Positions 53,014-64,000 of a stretch of 64,000 bases of DNA are shown here, piece after piece. This DNA is from an uncultured Marinobacter sp. (GTDB lineage: Bacteria > Pseudomonadota > Gammaproteobacteria > Pseudomonadales > Oleiphilaceae), in NCBI RefSeq assembly GCF_947488835.1, contig NZ_CANLBK010000006.1:40042-104041 (forward strand), given 5' to 3'. The notes under the pieces are model-generated. The model saw nothing but the letters and a program-made list of their open reading frames with translations. It did no database searches and was not told where the DNA came from. Numbering within the stretch: the stretch's first letter is position 1; each line of letters opens with the position of its first letter. Both the position numbers and the translations under genes were made by a program.

Positions 53014-56000
53014 TCAACCTCCGCGGTTGAGCTCTGCACTCAGAGCTTCTTCAACGTCTGCAGCTGTAACGCCCTGCTGTTCCAGTTCGCGCTTGCGGCG
53101 ACGCTCTGCGTGATATGCCAAACCAGTTCCCGCAGGAATCAGTCGACCGACCACGACGTTTTCTTTCAGACCGCGCAAGAAGTCACGCTTGCCAGTGACT
53201 GCACCTTCGGTGAGCACCCGGGTTGTTTCCTGGAACGAGGCTGCAGAGATGAACGATTCAGTCGCCAATGACGCCTTGGTAATACCCAACAGCAACCGCT
53301 CAAATCTTGCCGGCTCTTTATCAGCCGCAACTGCTTTCTCGTTTTCTTCCAGGAGCCTCGTGATCTCTAGCTGATCACCGGACATCAGGGTGGTATCACC
53401 CGGATCGGTAATCTCAATCTTACGCAGCATCTGGCGAACGATAACCTCAATGTGTTTATCGTTTATGACAACACCCTGAAGGCGATAAACGTCCTGGATC
53501 TCGTTGGTGATGTACCTGGCCAACTCAACCACACCCAGCAGACGCAAAATGTCATGCGGGTTAGACGGCCCATCTGAAATCACCTCGCCTTTCTCAACGG
53601 TTTCGCCTTCGAAAACGTTCATTTGACGATGCTTCGGGATCAGCACCTCGTACGGATCTGCATCTTTCGGGGTCAGCACCAGGCGTTTTTTGCCCTTGGT
53701 TTCCTTACCGAATGACACTACACCACTGATCTCGGCAAGAATGGACGATTCCTTCGGACGACGCGCCTCAAACAAATCAGCAACACGCGGCAGACCACCG
53801 GTAATGTCACGAGTTTTCGAGCTTGCCTGAGGTATACGGGCTACCACGTCACCAAGCTCGATACGGGCACCGTTCGCCATGGTTACCAGGGCATTCGCTG
53901 GCATAAAGAAGATGGCCGCTCCACCAGTTGGCAGATCCACATCGTTACCCGCCTCATCAACCATCTGGATGGCCGGACGGATATCCTTACCCGCAGCTGG
54001 ACGCTCCTTCGGATCGATGACTTCCATCGTCGACAAGCCTGTGAGCTCATCGGTCTGCGTGCGCACGGTAATGCCCTGATCCATGTTGACGAACTTGGCA
54101 ATACCTTCAGCTTCCGCGATGATGGGGTGAGTGTGTGGATCCCACTTGGCAACCACAACGCCCGCTTCAACTTCATCGCCACTTTTCACAGACAATACGG
54201 CGCCGTATGGAAGTTTGTACCACTCCCGCTCACGCCCTTGATCATCAGCAATTGCCAAAGCAGAAGAGCGAGAAATAACAACCAGTGAGCCATCCGTTCT
54301 CTGAAGAGACTTCAGGTTATGCAGGCGAACAGTACCACCGTGCTTGACTTGGACGTTGTCTACCGCTGAAGCCCTACTGGCCGCACCACCGATGTGGAAG
54401 GTACGCATCGTAAGCTGGGTTCCCGGCTCACCGATGGACTGAGCAGCAATAACACCCACTGCCTCACCCACGTTAACGCGGTGACCACGCGCCAAATCGC
54501 GACCATAGCACTTCGAGCAGATGCCGTGGCGAGTTTCACAGGTAATCGCGGAGCGAACCCAAACCTCATCCACACCGGCGCCTTCAAGCTCTTCGATCGT
54601 TTTCTCGTCAAGCAGAGTGCCGGCAGCGACAACGGCATTGTCTTTATCCGTAGGAGTAAATGTATCCCGGGCAGTAACACGACCCAAAACACGATCCCCC
54701 AGAGGCACAACTACGTCACCGCCTTCAATATGCGGCGTCATCAACAGACCTTCTTCAGTACCGCAATCTTCTTCGGTAACGACCAGATCCTGTGAGACGT
54801 CGACCAGACGACGGGTCAGGTAACCGGAGTTGGCAGTTTTCAGTGCCGTATCCGCCAGACCCTTACGGGCACCGTGTGTCGAGATAAAGTACTGAAGTAC
54901 GTTCAGGCCTTCACGGAAGTTCGCGGTGATTGGCGTTTCAATGATCGAGCCATCTGGCTTGGCCATCAAACCACGCATACCGGCGAGCTGACGAATCTGC
55001 GCAGCAGAACCCCGCGCACCAGAGTCCGCCATCATGTAGACGGAGTTGAACGACTCCTGCATCAGATCTTCGCCATCTTCACCTTTAACGGGCTTTCCGT
55101 CAGGACCAATGACTTTTTCCTTTGCCAGGCGCTGCATCATCGCCTTGGAGACCTTATCGTTCGCGCGCGACCAGATATCGATAACCTTGTTGTACTTTTC
55201 ACCCTGGGTAAGCAGGCCTGAGGCGTACTGGGACTCAATATCTTTTACTTCATCAGAAGCGGCATCTACCAGCTCATATTTCTCTGGCGGGATCTCGAAG
55301 TCATTGAAGCCAATCGAAATACCTGAAACCGTCGCATAGTGATAGCCCATGTACATGAGCTGATCCGCAAAGATAACCGTTTCTTTCAGGCCAGCATCAC
55401 GATAGCAGGTGTTGATCAGATTCGAGATCGCCTTCTTGACCATCGGCTTGTTAACCAGATCATAAGACAGCCCGTCTGGAACAATATCAAACAACAAAGC
55501 ACGACCAACCGTGGTTTCCACGATCTTGTACTCTTCTGTGTTATCGCCCTCAGCCTGTATGGAGACCTCTTTGACACGCACCTTAACCACAGCCTGAAGG
55601 TCGACCTTACCGGCACCGTAAGCGCGGTGCGCTTCTTTGATGTCAGCAAACACCATACCTTCACCAAGCGCACTCTTACGCTCGCGGGTCATGTAATAAA
55701 GGCCAAGTACAACGTCCTGGGACGGCACGATGATGGGCTCACCGTTCGCAGGCGACAGAATGTTGTTGGTAGACATCATCAGCGCACGGGCTTCCAACTG
55801 AGCTTCCAGCGTCAGCGGTACGTGTACCGCCATCTGGTCACCGTCGAAGTCGGCGTTATAGGCCGCACAAACCAAGGGGTGCAACTGAATTGCCTTACCT
55901 TCGATCAGCACTGGCTCAAATGCCTGGATACCCAAGCGGTGAAGCGTTGGCGCACGGTTAAGCATGATCGGGTGCTGACGAATAACTTCGTCCAGGATAT

Positions 56001-57228
56001 CCCAAACAACGCCTTCTTCGCGCTCAACCATCTTCTTGGCGGCTTTGATAGTCGTAGCAAGGCCACGGTGCTCAAGCTTTGAGAAAATAAACGGCTTGAA
56101 CAGCTCCAGCGCCATTTTCTTGGGCAGACCGCACTGATGCAGACGCAAAGATGGCCCCACAACGATTACCGAACGACCGGAATAGTCAACCCGCTTACCC
56201 AACAGGTTCTGACGAAAACGACCTTGCTTACCCTTGATCATGTCGGCAAGAGATTTCAGCGGGCGCTTATTCGTGCCAGTGATAGCACGTCCGCGACGGC
56301 CGTTATCCAGCAGCGCGTCGACCGCTTCCTGCAGCATGCGCTTTTCGTTGCGCACGATGATGTCAGGAGCGTTCAGCTCGAGCAGACGTTTGAGACGGTT
56401 GTTCCTGTTGATCACCCGACGATACAGATCGTTCAGATCTGATGTCGCAAAACGGCCACCATCAAGTGGTACCAACGGACGCAGATCAGGCGGCAGAACC
56501 GGCAACACAGTCATAACCATGTCGCCCGGCTTGTTGCCAGAGTACAAGAAGGCCTCAAGAATTTTCAGGCGCTTATTGAACTTTTTGATCTTGGTTTCAG
56601 AGTTGGTCTGGGGAATTTCCTCCCGCAGCGAATCAACTTGCTCCTGAAGGTCAATCCCCTCAAGCAGCTCTTTGACGGCTTCAGCACCCATGCGGGCGTC
56701 AAACTCGTCACCAAACTCTTCGAGCGCTTCGTAGTACTGCTCGTCGTTCAGCAGCTGCCCGCGCTCAAGCGTGGTCATGCCCGGGTCGATCACGATGAAC
56801 GACTCGAAATAGAGCACGCGCTCGATGTCACGCAGCGTCATATCCAGCATCAAACCGATACGGGACGGCAGTGATTTCAGGAACCATATGTGAGCGACCG
56901 GGCTGGCCAGTTCAATATGGGCCATGCGCTCACGACGAACGCTTGCCAGTGCTACTTCAACACCACATTTCTCGCAGATAACACCGCGATGTTTGAGGCG
57001 CTTGTACTTGCCGCAGAGGCACTCATAATCCTTGATCGGGCCGAAGATCTTGGCACAAAAAAGACCGTCACGCTCAGGCTTGAACGTACGGTAGTTAATG
57101 GTCTCAGGCTTCTTAACTTCACCAAAGGACCAGGACCGGATCATCTCCGGTGATGCCAATCCAATACGGATCGCATCAAATTCCTTGCTTTGGTTTTGGC
57201 TCTTGAGAAGATTCAGCAAATCTTTCAT
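53014..57228 (-). CDS. rpoC: RNA polymerase beta' subunit
   Basis: NADFDGD catalytic motif, N-terminal Zn finger, QLTMRTFH. Confidence 0.99.
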   Translation of the reverse strand: MKDLLNLLKSQNQSKEFDAIRIGLASPEMIRSWSFGEVKKPETINYRTFKPERDGLFCAKIFGPIKDYECLCGKYKRLKHRGVICEKCGVEVALASVRRERMAHIELASPVAHIWFLKSLPSRIGLMLDMTLRDIERVLYFESFIVIDPGMTTLERGQLLNDEQYYEALEEFGDEFDARMGAEAVKELLEGIDLQEQVDSLREEIPQTNSETKIKKFNKRLKILEAFLYSGNKPGDMVMTVLPVLPPDLRPLVPLDGGRFATSDLNDLYRRVINRNNRLKRLLELNAPDIIVRNEKRMLQEAVDALLDNGRRGRAITGTNKRPLKSLADMIKGKQGRFRQNLLGKRVDYSGRSVIVVGPSLRLHQCGLPKKMALELFKPFIFSKLEHRGLATTIKAAKKMVEREEGVVWDILDEVIRQHPIMLNRAPTLHRLGIQAFEPVLIEGKAIQLHPLVCAAYNADFDGDQMAVHVPLTLEAQLEARALMMSTNNILSPANGEPIIVPSQDVVLGLYYMTRERKSALGEGMVFADIKEAHRAYGAGKVDLQAVVKVRVKEVSIQAEGDNTEEYKIVETTVGRALLFDIVPDGLSYDLVNKPMVKKAISNLINTCYRDAGLKETVIFADQLMYMGYHYATVSGISIGFNDFEIPPEKYELVDAASDEVKDIESQYASGLLTQGEKYNKVIDIWSRANDKVSKAMMQRLAKEKVIGPDGKPVKGEDGEDLMQESFNSVYMMADSGARGSAAQIRQLAGMRGLMAKPDGSIIETPITANFREGLNVLQYFISTHGARKGLADTALKTANSGYLTRRLVDVSQDLVVTEEDCGTEEGLLMTPHIEGGDVVVPLGDRVLGRVTARDTFTPTDKDNAVVAAGTLLDEKTIEELEGAGVDEVWVRSAITCETRHGICSKCYGRDLARGHRVNVGEAVGVIAAQSIGEPGTQLTMRTFHIGGAASRASAVDNVQVKHGGTVRLHNLKSLQRTDGSLVVISRSSALAIADDQGREREWYKLPYGAVLSVKSGDEVEAGVVVAKWDPHTHPIIAEAEGIAKFVNMDQGITVRTQTDELTGLSTMEVIDPKERPAAGKDIRPAIQMVDEAGNDVDLPTGGAAIFFMPANALVTMANGARIELGDVVARIPQASSKTRDITGGLPRVADLFEARRPKESSILAEISGVVSFGKETKGKKRLVLTPKDADPYEVLIPKHRQMNVFEGETVEKGEVISDGPSNPHDILRLLGVVELARYITNEIQDVYRLQGVVINDKHIEVIVRQMLRKIEITDPGDTTLMSGDQLEITRLLEENEKAVAADKEPARFERLLLGITKASLATESFISAASFQETTRVLTEGAVTGKRDFLRGLKENVVVGRLIPAGTGLAYHAERRRKRELEQQGVTAADVEEALSAELNRGG

Positions 57229-57304
57229 CAGTAAAAGCTCCGGATGGCGTTAATCTCGGGCGGGCACACCAAGTGCCCGCTCACGCTGCCAAAAACAATT
57301 CGGC

Positions 57305-60300
57305 TCACTCAGATTCCAGCTCGATGTCGATACCCAGCGAACGGATCTCCTTGACAAGAACGTTGAAGGATTCCGGCATGCCGGGCTCCATGCGATGATC
57401 ACCATCGACAATGTTCTTGTACATCTTGGTCCGACCGTTCACGTCGTCAGACTTAACGGTGAGCATTTCCTGCAGCGTATACGCTGCACCGTAAGCCTCT
57501 AGGGCCCACACTTCCATCTCACCGAAACGCTGACCACCGAACTGCGCCTTACCACCCAGCGGCTGCTGAGTAACCAGGCTATAGGATCCAGTGGAACGGG
57601 CGTGCATCTTGTCATCGATCAAGTGGTTAAGCTTGAGGATATACATATACCCTACTGTTACCGGGCGATCGAAGGCATCACCTGTACGACCATCATACAG
57701 CTTGGTCTGTCCAGTTGTGCTAAGGCCTGCCAACTCAAGCATGTGCTTGACCTCGGATTCCTCGGCGCCATCAAACACAGGCGTGGCCATAGGAACACCA
57801 CCGCGCAGGTTATGAGACATCTCGAGGATTTCCTTGTCACTCAAGGAATCCAAATCCACTTTGAAGACTTCATCAGAGTGGTTGTAGATCTCATCAAGCA
57901 GTTTGCGCAGGTCGGCTACTTTGCGCTGCTCATCCAGCATCTTGCTGATGCGCTCGCCGAGGCCCTTTGCTGCAGCCCCCAAGTGAGTCTCGAGAACCTG
58001 CCCAACGTTCATTCGCGAAGGAACACCCAGTGGGTTCAGAACGATATCAACAGTGTTACCGAACTCATCGTACGGCATATCTTCGATCGGCTTTACTGCC
58101 GAAATAACACCCTTGTTACCGTGACGACCCGCCATCTTGTCACCTGGCTGGATACGACGCTTGATCGCAAGGTAAACCTTGACGATTTTCAGTACGCCCG
58201 GAGCCAGATCATCGCCCTGCTGAAGCTTGCCTTTTTTGTCATCAAAGCGCGCTTCGTGCTCCTTAGTACGCTCTTCAAGGCCCTGCTCGGACTTCTCCAG
58301 AAGTTCATTCAGGCTCTCGTCCTGCATGCGCAGCTTGAACCAGTCTGAACGAGGCAGCTCGGTCAGGTAACCTTCGTCGAGGCTTGCGCCCTTCTTCAGG
58401 CCAGGCCCACTGATGACTTGCTGTCCTTTGAGTGCGTTCAGCAAACGCTCAAAGGTAGCGCCCTCAACGATGCGGTACTCGTCCTTCAGGTCTTTGCGGT
58501 ACTGATTCAGCTGCTCTTTCTCAATTGACTGAGCGCGCTGATCCTTCTCGATGCCGTCACGGGTAAATACCTGAACATCGATTACGGTACCGCGAGTGCC
58601 CGTTGGCACACGTGATGAGGTGTCTTTTACATCAGACGCCTTCTCACCGAAGATAGCCCTCAACAGCTTCTCTTCCGGGGTCAACTGGGTCTCACCTTTC
58701 GGTGTTACCTTGCCCACCAGAATATCGCCAGCACCTACTTCAGCACCTATGTAAACAATACCGGACTCATCCAGCTTGGACAGTGCGCTCTCACCAACGT
58801 TTGGAATATCCGCGGTGATTTCTTCACTACCCAGCTTTGTATCACGCGCCACACAGGTCAATTCCTGAATGTGGATCGTGGTCAGGCGATCTTCCTGAAC
58901 CACTTTCTCGGAAATAAGGATGGAGTCCTCAAAGTTGTAACCATTCCAAGGCATAAATGCGATACGCATGTTCTGCCCCAGAGCCAGCTCACCCAAATCG
59001 ACGGAAGGCCCATCTGCCAGTACGTCACCGCGGGCAATTTCATCACCCTGGCGAACGATTGAACGCTGGTTAATACAGGTATTCTGGTTCGAGCGGGTGT
59101 ACTTGGTGAGGTTATAAATATCCACACCTGCATCACCAGCTTCGGTCTCTTCGTTGTTCACACGCACCACAATACGGGCCGCATCAACACTCTCGATAAC
59201 ACCGCCACGACGAGCCGTCACACAAACACCAGAGTCCTGAGCAACCGTACGCTCAACACCGGTACCAACCAGAGGCACCTGAGAACGCAGTGTCGGAACA
59301 GCCTGGCGCTGCATGTTCGCACCCATCAAGGCACGGTTAGCATCATCGTGCTCAAGGAACGGAATCAGCGAGGCAGCAACAGATACAACCTGGCGTGGAG
59401 ACACGTCCATGAAGTTAACACTTTCTGGAGGCATAACCGTGGTTTCGTTCTGGTGACGCACAGTTACCAGCTCGTCCTGCAGGCGTTTACCTTCGTCCAT
59501 AGCCGCACTGGCCTGGGCGATAACATAATTGCTTTCTTCAATTGCCGACAGGTAAACCAACTCATCGGTAACTACGCCGTCAATTACCTTCCTGTATGGG
59601 CTCTCAAGGAAACCATAGGAGTTGGCACGGGCATAAGTTGCCAGAGAGTTGATCAGGCCGATGTTTGGACCTTCCGGCGTCTCGATCGGACACACTCGGC
59701 CATAATGGGTCGGGTGTACGTCACGAACCTCAAAGCCAGCACGCTCACGAGTCAGGCCGCCAGGCCCAAGAGCCGAGATACGGCGCTTGTGAGTGACTTC
59801 AGACAGCGGGTTGTTCTGATCCATGAACTGGGACAGCTGGCTTGAGCCAAAGAATTCTTTAACCGCGGCAGCTACCGGCTTCGCGTTTATCAGATCCTGA
59901 GGCATCAGGCCTTCACTTTCTGCCAGGCTCAGTCGCTCACGGACCGCACGCTCAACACGAACGAGACCAACTCGGAACTGGTTTTCAGCCATCTCACCAA
60001 CGCAACGTACGCGGCGGTTACCCAGGTTATCAATATCGTCTACCGTGCCCTGACCGTTACGGATATCGATCAGAGTCTTGAGGACATCAATGATATCTTC
60101 GTGAGTCAGCGTACCTTCGCCAGTGCTCTCTTCCCGACGCAGACGACGATTGAGCTTCATCCGACCAACAGCAGACAAATCATACCGCTCTTCAGAGAAG
60201 AACAGGTTGTTGAACAGATTCTCTGCAGAGTCCTTTGTGGGCGGCTCCCCGGGACGCATCATCCGGTAAATTTCTACCAAAGCTTCCAGTGGGCTGCGGG

Positions 60301-61381
60301 TCGGGTCGATACGCAGGGTATCGGACATAAACGGACCGCAATCCAGGTCGTTGGTATAAAGAGTCTCGATCTCTGTAACGCCAGCATCGAGAATCTTGGT
60401 AACCACTTCTTCGCTGAGCTCGGTATTACACTCAACCAGCACTTCGCCACTGGCCTTGTCGATCATATCCTTGGCCAGAACACGGCCATACAGATACTCA
60501 GTGGGAACCTCAAGCTCATTAATGCCTGCTTTTTCCAGCTGCTTGATGTGGCGTGCCGTAATCCGGCGCCCCTCTTCTACAATCAGCTTGCCATCGTTAT
60601 CTTTGATATCGAAGGTCGCGATATCGCCACGAAGGCGACTTGGCACCAACTCCAGCTTGCACGTCTCAGCACCCAGAGAGAACTTACTGGTTTCAAAAAA
60701 CATCTCCAGCATTTGCTCCGAGGTATAACCGAGTGAGCGCAGGAGAATGGACGCCGGCAACTTGCGTCGACGGTCAATCCGAACGAAAACAGCGTCCTTT
60801 GGATCGAATTCGAAATCGAGCCAGGAACCACGGTAAGGAATCACCCGAGCTGAATACAGCAGCTTGCCGGATGAGTGGGTTTTACCTTTATCATGGTCAA
60901 AGAACACACCGGGAGAGCGGTGGAGCTGGGAAACGATAACACGCTCGGTACCGTTGATAACGAAGGTACCATTCTCAGTCATCAGGGGCATTTCGCCCAT
61001 GTAGACTTCCTGTTCTTTGATGTCCTTGATCGCCTTGTTGGACGATTCCTTATCATAAATGATAAGACGAACTTTCACTCTCAGCGGCGCCGCGTATGTT
61101 ACGCCCCTAAGCTGGCATTCCTTAACATCGAATACAGGCTCACCAATTCGGTAGCTCACATATTCGAGTGCAGCATTGCCAGAGTAGCTGGCAATCGGGA
61201 ATACGGATTTGAATGCTGCATGAAGACCGGTTTCCCGACGATCTCCAGGTGCGGCTTCCATTTGCAGGAAGTCCCGAAATGAATCCAGCTGAATAGACAG
61301 CAAATAGGGGACATCCATCACGGAAGGCAATTTACTAAAATCTTTGCGAATCCGCTTTTTTTCAGTGTAGGAGTAAGTCAT
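57305..61381 (-). CDS. rpoB: RNA polymerase beta subunit
   Basis: [46 protein letters not shown]. Start moved to ATG 61381. Confidence 0.99.
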   Translation of the reverse strand: MTYSYTEKKRIRKDFSKLPSVMDVPYLLSIQLDSFRDFLQMEAAPGDRRETGLHAAFKSVFPIASYSGNAALEYVSYRIGEPVFDVKECQLRGVTYAAPLRVKVRLIIYDKESSNKAIKDIKEQEVYMGEMPLMTENGTFVINGTERVIVSQLHRSPGVFFDHDKGKTHSSGKLLYSARVIPYRGSWLDFEFDPKDAVFVRIDRRRKLPASILLRSLGYTSEQMLEMFFETSKFSLGAETCKLELVPSRLRGDIATFDIKDNDGKLIVEEGRRITARHIKQLEKAGINELEVPTEYLYGRVLAKDMIDKASGEVLVECNTELSEEVVTKILDAGVTEIETLYTNDLDCGPFMSDTLRIDPTRSPLEALVEIYRMMRPGEPPTKDSAENLFNNLFFSEERYDLSAVGRMKLNRRLRREESTGEGTLTHEDIIDVLKTLIDIRNGQGTVDDIDNLGNRRVRCVGEMAENQFRVGLVRVERAVRERLSLAESEGLMPQDLINAKPVAAAVKEFFGSSQLSQFMDQNNPLSEVTHKRRISALGPGGLTRERAGFEVRDVHPTHYGRVCPIETPEGPNIGLINSLATYARANSYGFLESPYRKVIDGVVTDELVYLSAIEESNYVIAQASAAMDEGKRLQDELVTVRHQNETTVMPPESVNFMDVSPRQVVSVAASLIPFLEHDDANRALMGANMQRQAVPTLRSQVPLVGTGVERTVAQDSGVCVTARRGGVIESVDAARIVVRVNNEETEAGDAGVDIYNLTKYTRSNQNTCINQRSIVRQGDEIARGDVLADGPSVDLGELALGQNMRIAFMPWNGYNFEDSILISEKVVQEDRLTTIHIQELTCVARDTKLGSEEITADIPNVGESALSKLDESGIVYIGAEVGAGDILVGKVTPKGETQLTPEEKLLRAIFGEKASDVKDTSSRVPTGTRGTVIDVQVFTRDGIEKDQRAQSIEKEQLNQYRKDLKDEYRIVEGATFERLLNALKGQQVISGPGLKKGASLDEGYLTELPRSDWFKLRMQDESLNELLEKSEQGLEERTKEHEARFDDKKGKLQQGDDLAPGVLKIVKVYLAIKRRIQPGDKMAGRHGNKGVISAVKPIEDMPYDEFGNTVDIVLNPLGVPSRMNVGQVLETHLGAAAKGLGERISKMLDEQRKVADLRKLLDEIYNHSDEVFKVDLDSLSDKEILEMSHNLRGGVPMATPVFDGAEESEVKHMLELAGLSTTGQTKLYDGRTGDAFDRPVTVGYMYILKLNHLIDDKMHARSTGSYSLVTQQPLGGKAQFGGQRFGEMEVWALEAYGAAYTLQEMLTVKSDDVNGRTKMYKNIVDGDHRMEPGMPESFNVLVKEIRSLGIDIELESE

Positions 61382-61552
61382 CTGCATTCCCCAGCTTTAG
61401 ACCTGATACCTGGTATCAAGAAGCAACCAATGTTCTGCTTCGGGGCCGAATTGCTCGGCTTATCGCGCCGTCTTGAACGAAGACCCTGACAAACATTTGC
61501 AGAACTCAACAACCCTGCATCCGAATGCCAGACTCTATAGCATATACAACAG

Positions 61553-61583
61553 AAAAAGGCCGGTGGCACAAAGCCACCAGCCT
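61553..61583 (-). terminator. rplL-rpoB attenuator/terminator (P26-like)
   Basis: Minus strand AGGCUGGUGGC-UUUGU-GCCACCGGCCUUUUU. Position and sequence resemble the Pseudomonas P26 element as I recall it. Confidence 0.8.
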
Positions 61584-61622
61584 GTCTGCGCTTACAGCGC
61601 AGCTTCGATCAACAGCCGACTC

Positions 61623-62000
61623 TTACTTAAGCTCAACAGAAGCGCCTGCTTCCTCAAGCTTCTTCTTGGCTTCTTCTGAGTCAGCCTTGCTCGCTGCTTC
61701 CTTGATAGTGGAAGGCGCGCCGTCAACCAGCTCTTTAGCTTCTTTCAGACCCAGGCCGGTCAGTTCACGAACAGCCTTGATAACGTTAACTTTCTTCTCG
61801 CCAACGCCAGTCAGAATAACATCAAACTCGGTCTGCTCTTCAGCAGCGGCAGCATCGCCACCAGCAGCTGCAGGTGCGGCTGCAACAGCAGCAGCGGCAG
61901 ATACGCCGAACTTCTCTTCCATTGCTTCAACCAGCGCCACAACATCCATTACGCTCATTTCAGCAATTGCATTCAAAATATCGTCTTTAGACAGAGCCAT
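61623..62000 (-). CDS. rplL: 50S ribosomal protein L7/L12
   Basis: [21 protein letters not shown]. Confidence 0.99.
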   Translation of the reverse strand: MALSKDDILNAIAEMSVMDVVALVEAMEEKFGVSAAAAVAAAPAAAGGDAAAAEEQTEFDVILTGVGEKKVNVIKAVRELTGLGLKEAKELVDGAPSTIKEAASKADSEEAKKKLEEAGASVELK

Positions 62001-62039
62001 GACTTTCTCCCAAAAAAATAAATATGGTGTTCAACAGAA

Positions 62040-62570
62040 TCAAGCAGCTTCTTGCTTCTGGTCTCGAACTGCCGCAACGGCGCGGGTCACTTTCGAAGGA
62101 ACTTCGTTCAGTGTCCGTGCCAGCTTGGTGATTGGTGCCTGTGTTACCGCGGCCAGCATCGTCAACGCTTCGTGACGTGTTGGCAGCTTGGCAAGACGAT
62201 CGATTTGGTCTGCGCCCATCAGCTCACCGCCGACTGCCAGTCCTTTAATCTCGAACGCGTCCTTCTCTTTCGCAAAATCCTTCAGCAGGCGCGCAGCCGC
62301 TCCCGGATCTTCCATTGAGAATGCCAGAATGGTAGGGCCGACCAGCGCCTCATCGATGCACTCAAACTCTGTACCACGAATAGCAATCTTAGCCAGGTTG
62401 TTACGAACAACCTTGAGACGCACATTTTCGGCACGAGCTTTGGCACGCAGAGCCGTCATATCACCAGAGGTGACACCACGGTAGTCAGCCAGAACCACAG
62501 ACAGAGCACCACCGGCAGTCTCGTTGACTTCAGCGACGATCGCTTTCTTGTCTTCGAGTCTAATTGCCAC
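62040..62570 (-). CDS. rplJ: 50S ribosomal protein L10
   Basis: [21 protein letters not shown]. Start moved to GTG 62570. Confidence 0.98.
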   Translation of the reverse strand: MAIRLEDKKAIVAEVNETAGGALSVVLADYRGVTSGDMTALRAKARAENVRLKVVRNNLAKIAIRGTEFECIDEALVGPTILAFSMEDPGAAARLLKDFAKEKDAFEIKGLAVGGELMGADQIDRLAKLPTRHEALTMLAAVTQAPITKLARTLNEVPSKVTRAVAAVRDQKQEAA

Positions 62571-62691
62571 TGGATTTCTCCTCGATTTCGCCAGGGGTAT
62601 TCCCGGCAAACCCATCATTGCCCTGGAAGCCTGATACTCAAGGCTTCCTACAGGCGCCTTAACGGTGTTTGGGTTCAGAGAGAACGTCTTC

Positions 62692-62757
62692 ACACCGTCT
62701 GCGCAGGCGTTGCTTTAACCCTTCCAGTCGGAAGACTTCAGGGGCCTGCGGTCTTTG
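62692..62757 (-). promoter_or_regulatory. L10 leader (L10(L12)4 autoregulatory RNA)
   Basis: Core AAGACCGCAGG...UUAA...CCUGCGCAGACGGUG upstream of rplJ. Confidence 0.88.
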
Positions 62758-62805
62758 ACAGCCTTGGCTTCCGCCCAGACTACAAAGTAACTACCGACCA
62801 GAGGG

Positions 62806-63504
62806 TCAGATATCAAGACCACCTTGATCGATAGTCAGGCCAGGACCCATCGTTGACGAAAGGGTGATCTTCTTGAGATACACACCTTTCGCCGAGGACG
62901 GCTTGGCCTTTTTCAGATCTGCAACCAGCGACTCAAGGTTTTCCTTGATATTCTGAGCAGAGAATTCCACATTACCTAACGGCGAATGGATAATACCATT
63001 CTTATCCGTACGGTAGCGCACCTGACCCGCCTTGGCGTTTTTGACCGCAGTCTCAACGTCAGGGGTTACGGTACCTACTTTGGGGTTAGGCATCAGGCCA
63101 CGGGGGCCCAGAATCTGACCCAGCTGACCGACAACACGCATGGCATCCGGGGTGGCAATTACCACGTCGAAATCCATGTTGCCTTTTTTAACTTCTTCAG
63201 CAAGATCGTCCATACCAACAATGTCGGCGCCTGCAGCAGTCGCTTTCTCAGCGTTTGCACCCTGAGTAAATACCGCGACACGGACGGTTTTACCTGTGCC
63301 GTGCGGCAATACAGTGCTGCTACGCACAACCTGGTCAGATTTACGCGCATCAACACCAAGATTGATTGCAACGTCTACTGACTCTTTAAACTTTACGCTT
63401 TGACCCAGCTCGACCAGCAGCGACACCGCTTCATCGACAGAGTAAGAACGCGTTGACTCAACCTTTGAGCGAATCAGCTTCTGGCGCTTGCTCATTTTAG
63501 ACAT
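62806..63504 (-). CDS. rplA: 50S ribosomal protein L1
   Basis: [22 protein letters not shown]. Start moved to ATG 63504. Confidence 0.99.
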   Translation of the reverse strand: MSKMSKRQKLIRSKVESTRSYSVDEAVSLLVELGQSVKFKESVDVAINLGVDARKSDQVVRSSTVLPHGTGKTVRVAVFTQGANAEKATAAGADIVGMDDLAEEVKKGNMDFDVVIATPDAMRVVGQLGQILGPRGLMPNPKVGTVTPDVETAVKNAKAGQVRYRTDKNGIIHSPLGNVEFSAQNIKENLESLVADLKKAKPSSAKGVYLKKITLSSTMGPGLTIDQGGLDI

Positions 63505-63505
63505 G

Positions 63506-63937
63506 TTACACACCCTCCACGGTCAGGCCCATGCTGCGGGCAGTACCAGCAATGGTGCGAACCGCTGCGTCCATATCGGCAGCAGTCAGATCCGGCTCTT
63601 TAGTCTTGGCAATTTCTTCAAGCTGTTCACGAGTCACCTTGCCAACCTTATCGGTATTCGGGCGACCAGATCCACTCTTTACACCGGCAGCCTTTTTGAG
63701 AAGCACAGGTGCAGGCGGAGTCTTGGTAATGAATGTGAAGCTACGGTCACTGTATACAGTAATGACAGTAGGAATCGGTAGACCGGCTTCCATATCCTGA
63801 GTCTTTGCGTTGAACGCCTTACAAAACTCCATGATATTGACGCCGCGCTGACCCAGCGCAGGGCCTACGGGGGGGCTCGGGTTGGCCTTACCGGCAGCAA
63901 CCTGAAGCTTGATATATGCTTCTATCTTTTTAGCCAT
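63506..63937 (-). CDS. rplK: 50S ribosomal protein L11
   Basis: [22 protein letters not shown]. Confidence 0.99.
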   Translation of the reverse strand: MAKKIEAYIKLQVAAGKANPSPPVGPALGQRGVNIMEFCKAFNAKTQDMEAGLPIPTVITVYSDRSFTFITKTPPAPVLLKKAAGVKSGSGRPNTDKVGKVTREQLEEIAKTKEPDLTAADMDAAVRTIAGTARSMGLTVEGV

Positions 63938-63951
63938 GATAGTACTCCTAT

Positions 63952-63976
63952 GGGTTCAAACGCCTTCCGGCTCCCC
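63952..63976 (-). promoter_or_regulatory. L1 binding site in the rplK leader
   Basis: GGGGAGCC-GGAA-GGCG-UUUGAACCC just upstream of the AGGAG SD, the known L1 operator architecture. Confidence 0.8.
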
Positions 63977-64000
63977 GTTGCAGACACAAAAAGCCCGCGA

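Noticed and set aside
57260-57280. GCGGGCAC/GTGCCCGC hairpin between rpoB and rpoC
   Set aside because: An intercistronic stem here is ordinary, has no U-tract, and no second copy was noticed in the window.
52478-61381. Streptomycin or rifampicin resistance alleles in rpsL and rpoB
   Set aside because: [16 protein letters not shown] and [24 protein letters not shown] are the usual sensitive-type sequences.
1-64000. CRISPR arrays, transposases, integrases, prophage, defence systems, tRNA or rRNA genes
   Set aside because: I saw no spaced direct repeats or corresponding motifs, and nearly all sequence is explained by the listed genes.

Overview
Core-genome segment of a gammaproteobacterium, probably Marinobacter-like. 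This assignment is inferred from gene order and protein sequences, not from a database search. Contents, left to right: (1) about 1-11.5 kb, a variable LPS/LOS core locus with GT4, ELM1/GtrOC1, GT2, O-antigen ligase, a DXD/GT32-type enzyme, two GT25, a DUF6492-like protein, a lipid A acyltransferase and Kdo kinase; (2) ilvE, glnE, a K+ channel, mgtE, a CYTH protein, a porin, dtd, pip and typA; (3) glnA-DUF4124-ntrBC with clear sigma54 promoters and NtrC sites; (4) ssb, an MFS transporter and uvrA; (5) a contiguous minus-strand block rplK-rplA-rplJ-rplL-rpoB-rpoC-str-tuf-S10-spc-alpha, ending at rplQ. I saw no CRISPR array, transposase, prophage, tRNA or rRNA gene. The most interesting signal is non-coding: a 43-nt element between rpsJ and rplC that closely resembles the 23S rRNA domain I junction bound by L4/L24, and ends 3 nt before the rplC Shine-Dalgarno (SD). 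The S10 leader here is too short to hold the E. coli L4 attenuator, so this is a candidate alternative autoregulatory switch. Other non-coding candidates are a Pho-box-like porin promoter, a long structured glnA leader, a sigma54/NtrC promoter for ntrBC, a palindrome over the alpha-operon promoter, and a REP/MITE-like inverted repeat. Start codons were corrected by hand where the ORF track over-extends.
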